DNA of 52,923 nt, the filler included, from Catajapyx aquilonaris (Eukaryota), in the NCBI GenBank assembly GCA_000934665.2. It is 2 parts of 2 records of this genome, joined end to end, with 100 filler letters (N's around TTAATTAATTAA, not from the genome) between each part and the next. Parts side by side here need not be neighbours in the genome. Positions count along the whole stretch, not along the records: positions 26,504 to 52,923 come from JYFJ02005214.1; 1 more part is not named here. One strand, 5' to 3'. A program made the position numbers and the translations under genes. Of this stretch, positions 42,947 to 52,923 are shown in pieces. The notes below the pieces were generated by a model, which was given only the letters and a program-made list of their open reading frames with translations, had not been told where the DNA came from and ran no database searches. Each line of letters opens with the position of its first letter. Position 1 is the stretch's first letter.

Positions 42947-45900
42947 ATGGTACAGCCTAACAAAAACACAGTTCAAGAAATAACAACAATTATTTATGGA
43001 TCCCGGAACATTACTGGAAGCCAGGAGGTCGAAGTGATAAGTGAGTGCGCGAAAGTTCTGGATATCTCAGGGTATTACGGTGCTGTTGAAACCCAGCTCT
43101 TGAACCAGAGTGTCGCCCAAGAAGTGAGTACCAAATCATCAGTTCGATTAGGCAGCACACCACAAATTTTGCAAAAAGTTAGAAACCCCAAGTTGCAGTG
43201 CCCTCAAAAAAACTATTATCCACTTCAATTCTCCTTTTGGAATATAGCAGGCTTGAAAATAAACAGTGCATGGTACATAATGCATTCAAAATTAAATGCA
43301 CCTAAAATAGTGGGTTTCACAGAGACCTGGCTTGAAGAAGAGTATAATCCAGTGGACAGTGTAAAGAATTATTTATCATGGCACTCACTAGCAAATATGA
43401 GTTCTCATTTTGGTCATGCATCTGGTGGGTTATGGCTAGCCATTGACAAGACCTTAAAACCTGAACTAATTTCAAAATCTGAACATTATATTTGTGTTGC
43501 TATTGTTTATGTGAATGATATGAAGTATTTGGTACAATTAGTTTATCTTTCACCACTGTTAAACGAACACACTTTCCGACAAACATTGGAAGTCCAAGCA
43601 ACAACCGCGCTTGAAACGGGTAATCCCTTAATTATTATAGGTGACTTCAATGCTCGAATTGCGGATTGCCCAGGCTATCAAATTGAAGAAATAACATCAC
43701 TATTAGAAAACAATACAAGAATCTCCCGAGACAAAAATATAAACAAGAACGGCAAAGTCCTGATTGACTTTTTAGATACATATTCTTTTTTTGTAATGAA
43801 CGGAAATATGCCATCAGATTCCCCAGGGTCATACACTTTCATCGGAGGCCAAGGTCAAAGTGTGGTAGATTTTTGTTTGCTATCGCAGAACATAGCGGAA
43901 CTAGCTGTAGATTTGATAACGACACCTAGCCAAGACTCAGATCATACTATGTTGACAGCCCTTTTGGATTTCCCTCAAATGGAGACACCCAAAATAAAAA
44001 TATCGAAACAGGTGTTAACATATCCCGAGCAAGGTCTGGACTTTCTGAAAGATGATATGAATAAATCATTTGCAAATGCTATAAATAATGCCCAGATAAT
44101 GGAAATCTCAGAAATAAATGAGAAGGCAAGGCAATTACTAACTGATTACGGTATTTTGCACAAGATGACTATAAGTAATAAAAACCATGCCAGAAAGCAC
44201 TCTTCCCCATGGTTCGATGCGGATTTAACTTATGAAAGATTGATATTAACGGAAACGCTTAAACAATGGGAAAGGAATCCATCAGATGAGGCCAGGGCCG
44301 ATTATTCAAGTAAGAGGAAAATCTACAAAAAATTAGCAGCCGCAAAGAAAAAAAAGTTTTATTCGGAAACATTAAGAATAAAGCTCTTAGACACAAGAGA
44401 CCCGAAAAAGTTTTGGGAGGTGGTGAAGCAATCCAAAAAATACAAAACCCAGATAAATATAGACAAAGAGGAATGGTGGAATTATATAAGTAAATTGCAT
44501 ACAAATAGCGATCAGGGAGTTTCACATATAGTCGCAATTGATTTCTACCTCGAGGTACCCTCGCTGGATCAGCAGTTATCGAGAGCTGAATACGATACAG
44601 TGATAAAAGGACTAAGATTAAAGTCATCCCCAGGCCCAGACATGATCTCGAATTCCTTAATCGCAGTACAATCAGAAAACTTTCATGAAGCGATTTATAA
44701 GCTAATAAAGTTCTGCTTAGAGACTAATTCCTTTCCCGAAGGGTGGGATCAGGCTAAATTATGCCCTATATACAAGTCGGGAGATAAGGAAGATCCAGCA
44801 AATTTCAGGCCCATTGCACTTTTCAATAATACTTTTAAAATCCTTACAAAAATGATAAATAACAGAATAAAAAACTGGGCAGAATCTAACAATATATTCC
44901 CGGAATGGCAAGCAGCTTTCAGAAAGGGAAGGAGTTGTGCAGACCACTTATTAACTTTGCATATTTTAATTCAAAAATATACAAATAAACCTAAGGGAAA
45001 ATTATATGCAACGTTTATTGATCTAACGAAAGCTTTTGACTCTATCGGACATGACATGTTACTACAAAAGCTATACAAGCAAGGACTTAGTCACAAACTA
45101 CTACAGTTGATTAAAGCAATTTATGCCAAAATGGAAATAGTAGAAGATTACCAATCCATCCGCACGATCAAAATAACGAAAGGGGTACCACAAGGGGATT
45201 CATTAAGTCCAACACTCTTCAATCTATTCTTGGCGGATCTAGATATTTTTATGCAAACCAAAAATTGCAAAGGTGTAAATTTTGATGGTAGTCATCCAGA
45301 CATTATGGTACTGGCTTATGCAGATGATTTAGTTCTCTTGTCGGACAACCCATTATATTTACAACAGAACTTGAACGCATTAAGAAACTTTTTTGATCTA
45401 CACGAATTACAAATAAATTTAAAAAAGACAAAAATTATATGCTTTCGGAAAGGTGGCAGACAACCAGATAAGATATTTTATTGGAATTTGGAGAAGATAG
45501 AACCGGTATCGTCCTATACATACTTAGGCATTCCTTTCAAAAGTTCGGGAAAATTTATTTTAGCGGCGGAACAAATGAAGAAAAAGCCCTGGCAGCAATA
45601 AATGGATTATGGCCTACCTTGATAAATTTAAAATTAAGAGACCTTAAAGTAGCCATGCAATTGTTCCACGCCCATATTGCCCCAATCATAATGTACAATG
45701 CCCACATTTGGGGCCCAAACCATAATAAACCAAATTCAAATTGTATTTATAAAAAGGTTTCTTGGACTTCCAAAAAACACAGCGAACTATTTTATTTACC
45801 TAGAAACAGGAATACTACCACTTACAATAACACTAGTTAAAACGATCGCCAGGAATATAGAAAAACTGATTAATACAGGTAACCACAGACTGGTAAAGGC

Positions 45901-46474
45901 AGCCTACAATTATGTTGAAAAAATAAACCAAAGGAACCCTACAATGAAAGAAAACTGGATTTTTGCTTGTAAGTTCTTAGTGCAAAAGAATGAGCTGAGT
46001 TGGAAGGATCTCTTTATAGATTTATCTCAAGCCACGGAAACCCTAACTACAAATATAAAAAGAAACACGATTAGTATGCTACAACATACCACTAGATATT
46101 CACACTACAAAGACATTAAAATGAGTTACGAGCAGGAAAGTTATCTAGCGTTTGGCCTACCAATAATTCAGACACGAATAATAACAAATATAAGGAACAA
46201 TTCAAAATACGTACGCCTGAAACAGGATTCAATAAAACTATATCATGAAGAATATTGCGAATGGTGTAACATGAATGAACCTCTGTCAGCACACCACATA
46301 ATATATGATTGTTTATACTTTGTGACACCTAGGAAAAATTACCTACAAGACCTGCCCACATTCCCCCCAACAAGCTATCATCTCCTTTTCCAAAATATAC
46401 CAAAGCAACACATATTTTCTCTATTTAAATTTTTCCAAAACGTGAACAAAAGAATTAATTTTTCAAAATACTAA
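42947..46474 (+). pseudogene. LINE ORF2 (AP endonuclease, reverse transcriptase, C-terminal CCHC), frameshifted
   Basis: WNIAGL, TETW, GDFNAR, SDH (APE); GVPQGDSLSPTLFNLF, YADD (RT); CEWC...HIIYDC. Split across three overlapping ORFs (42947-45601, 45481-45840, 45698-46474). Confidence 0.92.
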
Positions 46475-48683
46475 ATATGTTAAGGGTCATATGTTTATGT
46501 ATATAAAAAAACTAAAATTGGAAATTGGAAATTTGGCAGGGTATGTGTCCCCCGAAACAGGACGCAATGTACTGAGAAAGGGGTATGAAAATAAAAAATA
46601 AATAAAAAATAAAATAAATACATTAAATTTGTTACAATTCTTAAGATTGTGATGGGCAGCTCATAATTCACAAATACTTTTTCCGATTATCATTAAATTC
46701 CGTCAATTATTATACAATAAAAGGAAAAAGGTAGAGGGATAAAATGTCCGATTTACAAGAAACATTTCCGTTGTAGACGTCAACCATTATCAGGAAGCAA
46801 ATCAGTGCAGAGCGTTGTGCAGAGTGTATATACTGAGGAAATGGCTTTGACGCATCTTAGTCGGCGTCTGGCGTAAACACCTTCACTAGCATAAGAGATG
46901 TAATCTACTCTTCTTTAATTTATTTTTCCATTTCCGGTTTCATCTGACCTACGAATGCACTTGTGACTCAGACTGTCTGCCCAGAGTCTGCGTAACTCTT
47001 GTTACAGGACCACTGATAACATTTTATCAACTACACTACAACGCAACGGTAGCCTTTTTATACATATTGCATTTGTGTATTTTATAAAGCACGTTACATT
47101 CAGCATCCTGGATGACTATGTTGTTTAGTATACAGAATATTATTTCATAATGAATCAGGCTTACTTCTAAGGTGAACCCATGGGAACGTAATGCTGTATA
47201 CTGTGTAAAAGTAGTGGTAGCATTTGGCCTTTGCAGAGTCGTTACAAAGGTATTAATTAGCATTAATCAAAGAGTGCATTTTGCCATATCCAGTATCGCG
47301 AATACAACCTGGTACACTGTCATGGCAATTATAACTTCAACAAACTGAAATATCATAGTAACACATATATTGTAAATTAATATGAAGGTGACGTATAAAT
47401 GCCACAATATTAATTTTTATACTTCGTGTATGAACGATACCTCTGTACAGTATATACAGAGGTATCGTTTATGCTGGGGGAATCCTTTGGTGCAAGAAGT
47501 TCACCATAGAAGTTTATCTGAATCATTATGAAACGCCAGTTCAGGCAACTACTACCGTACATGAACCTCCCCATTTATAGGACCGTTTTTAATGAACATA
47601 TTAGTATTTTCTGTGTATAGCTCTCCAAAAATAGACGACAATTATTCACTTAGCTTCCCCACTCCCATAAAATTATTTTCCAAATTGTACAATTCATTTG
47701 TGTTAATTAAGATGTGCACCACACTGGTGCACACCTTAATTAACATTGTCACACCTCTTGATCCTATAGGTATGGTATATGATCAAAGCTGGACCATATT
47801 TCGTTCTTTCGTCGACAGTATAGTCCATCAGGACACTGTCAATGACTGACAGGATGATGCGCCTGAGACACTGGCCGGAAACATTGTAGAGAGAGTTAGG
47901 CCGTGCTGGGTCCATCCAAAAAACTACCCCTTTCCTTGGGCTACCATTTCTTAGTCTACCTCTACACACTATAGTCTCGGACTGAGGTGGTTTAGAATTG
48001 TTTCAAGTTTCTCCTGAATGAGTGTTTTACTATTAAACCCAAGTAGTGGACTAAAAGTTAACCCTGCTGCCTGCTGGTCTGTGTTTCTAAATGTGACCCA
48101 ATGAGTGCAATCCTTGACGTGACTGCTGTGGGGAATGGTGATGCATAATTATAATATTATTTTTATTCGATTTTTGATGCATTTTAAAATTATTGACCGA
48201 TTCTGGAATTAGGCCATAAACTCTGGGTGAGACTGCATAGCAACATTGCCATTTACTGAGTCATCGAAGACACATCGAGGACATCGACGACACATACGCC
48301 AGGCCTCTCAGTCGGAAAGAATGGAAACAAAAAAGGAAGTGACGACACAGCTTGGAAGGCGGGACCGTATTAGTATCATAAATCTGACAAACACACACAC
48401 AGCAGTGAATTGGCTGCAAGGTAGACCAATCGAGGGCCTTGAAAATGACGTGACGACACGAAGAAGTGCACAAATCTATCTATTTGGATCTGATTAGTGC
48501 ATTTGTTTCTAGGCCAAGATTGAACTCCGCCCCCAGCGGCCATTGTTTCTTACGGTTCATCCAAGAGCTTCTTCCAGTTCTGACCAAGTCCTCCAAGTGC
48601 AACAACCACCTTCTGGACACTACAGAGCAGAGCAGAGAGAGAGAGAGAGAGACTACAGAGCAGAGCTTCGTCGAGAAATCAAG

Positions 48684-49239
48684 ATGGACGAAGAAACCAC
48701 CATGAGCGTCTACGCCTTGTACGGCATCAGGGGCGAGCGTCGCAACCTGACTGCCATCGAACAACATCCACTGCTGAAAATACCGCTGATGCTTCTCGGT
48801 TGGTATTTGCAAGTGTCACCCACCTAACCTGTCCAACTCTGAACTCTGATTTTCTATTCCCAACAGGATTCTTGATGATTGGCTTGACTATCTGTGGATT
48901 GTTCATGCTGTTGATGTTTAGCTTCTACGAGTTTCTGATGCAGAATGCGGCTCGAATCGAAGCCTTAGCCCGGAGACACGAAGCAGCTTACCAGATCTAC
49001 CTCCGGATGGCAACTGTGTTCAACTGGACCATTGATGACCCTGATCGTGCTATCCCCGCTCACATTCAGGACTTGCCTGACGACGATGAGATGCCCGAGC
49101 AGGAGATCGTACATGTATGACCCACCACCTTTCCTCTCCCCCCGACACAGTTCATGACTTCTTTTTTATCTTTCAGGAGATACGATACTCCGAAATTCTC
49201 ACTCAGGCCAACAATGATGGAGGGTACTTCCTGGGGTAG
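48684..49239 (+). CDS. Small membrane protein family, paralogue D (139 aa)
   Basis: Exons 48684-48798, 48867-49108, 49177-49239 (phases 1, 0). TM LMLLGFLMIGLTICGLFMLLMFSFY; last exon EIRYSEI; AATAAA at ~49303. Promoter and intron sequences are shared with paralogue C. Confidence 0.75.
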
Positions 49240-51125
49240 TGGCGGACACCGCAACAAGTGCATTCAGCATTGATTTGCATCGATGTGTGTGTCACAAGTG
49301 CCAATAAAGCTGATTTTTGGCCAACCGATATTTCTGTATAATTTCTGTTGTTTCCTGGGTCAGTATTTCAGGTCATCTTTTCATTAGGTGGTTGATCAGT
49401 GGTCCCGTGCCTGATGATAGTTGTAAGTACAGGTAAGAGTGCATTTGGAGGTCGTGATATAACTCAGTGGTAGTGTAGGTGTTTCAAGCCCAAAATATTA
49501 ATCCCAGGGATATGGATAATACAGTAGGCTACATTTCCATAGGATAGTAAGGAAAGCAATCAATGACTTGCTATGTCATGCACACAGGTCGTACTGTATA
49601 ACAATCTCATTTTCGTCCTTCTGCCCTTGCCCCCTTCTCCTCCCTCCCTCACCCCATCAATTTTATTATCACCTGGTTTAATTATATAGAACTCGAGAGA
49701 TAATTGCAATAAATGATATTGAGAATATTAATATAACTGGGGCATATGGCATTGCATGGATAGTAAATGCAGGATATGAAGTGCATCAAAAATTATAACA
49801 TATACTCATGGCTATGATGAATTAACCTATACCTCTTCAACTTGTGTAAAGAAAATAACAACAACAATATCGACCACATGATCGTGGTTTTCCACACATT
49901 GCGCTGTTAGAAAAAAAAGGTTTTCGACATCGAAGGCCTACGATGAAGTTATTTCACGATCCCAAAATGCACTCTTATATGTTTTAGCTCGTTAAATGTC
50001 TTCTTCCATGACCTCGCTGAAAATAATCACTGTCAGAGTTGCCCTCAAACTTTTAACCAGCTAAAGGTGAGTCACTTATTCTATTTTCCTCCTCGGACTG
50101 TAATATAATCATCGCAACAAGGCCAAGGCCCTCCTCGTCCTCGGTCCCCCTAAGCTACCCCACTACGGACACCGATAAGCTTCCACCAAAAAGAAGCCTT
50201 GGGTACTTGTATTTTAAATTTACTAAAACAAGACATATAATAATTTTAATCAAATAGCACCCGGTATAATTTTATCACACATATTCAGGCATGTCATCAG
50301 CACAATTGTGAAGCAGTTGAGATAGCAGAGGTGTGCAATAAACTTAATGATGATTACATAAATTGTGATTTCTACGTTTCAAATATTAGATAAACAAAAC
50401 TCTGAACTAATCAGGGTTCACAGGGATATTCCCCCCCCCGTGTAATTTTCGGTGTAACGTCACGTCGCGTCGGAAGCTGGTCAAAAAACGACACCTTTCC
50501 GCCTTATTTTTATTATAAAAAATTACGCCGTGCAGATATTATAGGAAAACAACTCGCACATAATATGTTACGTAGCTTTAAACAAGCTTTTGAACGATAT
50601 ATAACATTATTTTTGGGGACGATCTTCCTGGGAGTTGTTTTGAGTCAAACACAGGGCTTTATACATTAAATAAACGGATTCAATGGTTAAAAATATGAAT
50701 ATAGTGTGAGCTACTTTTATCTGCATTTATAAGTAACCACTATTGCAGTTACAGTATTTTAGTTTAGTCACTATTTTTAGGTATTTTAAAGTATTGGCAG
50801 AAAATTGAGGCTCGGTAAGCATTTGCCGTACAGGTAATTTTAGTCATTTTTGCATTAACAGTTACTTTTGACTTCGTCTCTATAATAATTATTTAGTTGT
50901 TTTGATAGCCAATCACAATTTATATTCTGTTTTATTAACATGATGTGCAACTTATGTGTTGTTTACGAGTCAACCACTACTTGTATCAACTTGAGCGTTT
51001 ACTGCTATTTTAGCTCAATATTCTTGTTGTCCTCTATTTCCTATATAGTTTTTAAAAGGTTGGTTCTTTTTAAACCGTTTTCCGGCAATGTTTTAGTCAC
51101 TTTTGTATTATTATGGCATAAATCC

Positions 51126-51531
51126 ACCACTACTGCTTCGGGAGGTCCTGGGTTCGAATCCCGGAGGCCGGCGATCCTGACCTTGGTTTTCTGTGGTTTC
51201 CCAAGGTCACTCCAGGAATAATTTCCGGGATCGTACCGTAATATAGGCCACAGCCGCTTCCCTCCTTTCCCTGTCCTGGAGGAGATGCGGGTCAGTCGGG
51301 GTTTCTGACCCGCATCTAGGGGGGACATCTATGGCGAACGGACCCCCCTGGGGGACTGCACACGACCCCCAACATGAGAGATTGCACATGCACCAGTGTC
51401 CCCCCTTCCTATCCTTACCTTGTCCCTGCACCAGCTACTGTAAAAATAATAATAACAAAAATAAAGGAACGTGTGATATACCCCCAGTTGGGGGTGAAAG
51501 CACTACCCCAGTTATTATTATTATTATTATA
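51126..51531 (+). mobile_element. SINE (family 2) insertion with TSD
   Basis: TSD TATTATTATGGCATAAATCC at 51106-51125 and 51532-51551; B box GGTTCGAATCC; (TTA)n tail. Confidence 0.85.
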
Positions 51532-52288
51532 TATTATTATGGCATAAATCCTGAAACAAGTTAGTGTCTACTCTCAACGTTGCAAATTGCAACTGAGCCT
51601 GAGAATGAGAGAACAATATTATTCGCGTTATGCGGAAATTGTTGCAACATTACTCAATTAAAATTAACATGTATTATGCATAATTTACTGCGGCAAATGA
51701 CTGTTTGGATTACTGTCTGACGTCAGTACATCTGTTCAGAAGTGTTTGGGGTTAATAATGAGTAAACATGCCAACAATCGGATCTCATAAGGCCCATTTA
51801 TGCTACACCCAAATGAATTGACCACTTGCAGAGGCTTTTTCAAAAATTTATCGATCATACTTATACCAACTTGGGACACCGCCGAAGTCAACAACCCAGT
51901 ATATAGCCTGTACATTCGGCAAGTAGAAGGCGTTCCATCCGGAAGTCTGGAGGTTTTGCTGCCCTCCTTCGTCCCATGCACGGCAACGGGTTTTGGTCTG
52001 GTGCTGCCAACAACTCAGGAAGGAGATGGTCCTCCTGCCTTGCCCGTCCTTTGTTGGTGAACGTCACCTGGGACACCGCCTAAGTCAACATCCCAGCATA
52101 GCCTGTCCTGTCGGCAATCCCCCTCCTCCCCCTTCTTTTTTAAAAGAAAAAAATTATCTGCGAGTTCCTGACTGGGCTTCAGATTTTATTTTTATTTTTT
52201 GTATGTGTATTTGGTCATACGAGGATACTGAGGACCTCCTCCTCAATATCCGCTGGTAACCCCATATCTGTTTGGGAAACGCCGTGAA

Positions 52289-52360
<72 letters not shown>
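52289..52360. repeat. (GAT)n microsatellite
   Basis: Perfect GAT run of roughly 24 units. Confidence 0.95.
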
Positions 52361-52923
52361 ACTTATACCAAGAATGTTAAATTATATTCTTACATGGCTG
52401 TAGAGAAGGGTGTGAACTTCCCAATGATAAAGTAATCCAGTAAAATATGCAAGTACTTGCTCTGATCTGAAAATATTGGGACACCCCCAAAAAATGGAGT
52501 GGTGGGGTTATACACAGGATGTGATAAAAAGTTTCCATTAAGATTATCTGGACTTTAGAATGGATAATTATGAATAGTAACAATTGAGCTAGGAGGATAC
52601 CAAATTTGAAGTTCATTTGACAGTTAACAACTGAAATAAATACGATTATACCTTGGACAGTGAATTTCTGTGGGGTCTGGTAAAAATTGCTGCCACTATG
52701 TTAATTTCTTACTTAGCGGGATGTAAATGTTGATAATGAACCTGAGGGGCCGCACAAACCCAAAAACAGTTATGACATTAATTACAAAAAATCTAGCACA
52801 AAATTAAAAAATATTTATCATGGCTGGCAGATATGCCATTTTCTGTGCATTTTTGAATTAAGGGATATTTAAAGCCATTTTACTTTAATTGCAATGAAAT
52901 TTTTTATCATAGCACATTGGACT

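Larger units (their letters stand above)
41768..46617 (+). mobile_element. Full-length non-LTR retrotransposon (LINE; APE-RT-CCHC, possibly RTE-X-like), inactivated
   Basis: 16-bp TSD ATACATTAAATTTGTT at 41752-41767 and 46618-46633; (CA)n at the 5' end and A-rich (AAAT)n 3' tail; ORF1 and ORF2 present. Confidence 0.95.

Noticed and set aside
46545..46585. GAAAC...CTGAGA in the LINE 3' UTR (and CTGAGA...GAGAC at ~36663) as a hammerhead ribozyme
   Set aside because: The CUGANGA core and stems I/III cannot be completed by eye.

Overview
Eukaryotic (invertebrate, probably arthropod) genomic DNA with many short (~60-nt) spliceosomal introns. The ORF track is mostly exon fragments, so gene models were spliced by hand from GT/AG signals and frame continuity. 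The left half (1-25.5 kb) is gene-dense: Tip60/KAT5 (+), importin alpha-3/4 (-, with a GC-AG intron), DIPK2A/DIA1-like (+), a secreted prohormone-like ORF (-), a Na+/K+-ATPase beta-like gene fused to a mucin-like tandem-repeat tail (+) and a single-domain rhodanese (-). The right half (26-53 kb) is rich in transposons: MITEs, a foldback element, SINEs, an LTR-like segment and a full-length LINE with target-site duplication (TSD). It also holds four dispersed paralogues of a small 3-exon membrane-protein gene that I do not recognise. Their proteins are highly diverged, yet all keep an ITIM-consensus tyrosine motif at the start of the last exon. All four also carry, downstream of the poly(A) signal, a conserved splice-flanked cassette encoding an 8-residue ITIM-less alternative C-terminus. 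This family is the best candidate for an undescribed system. No database searches were possible; family names rest on recognised motifs.
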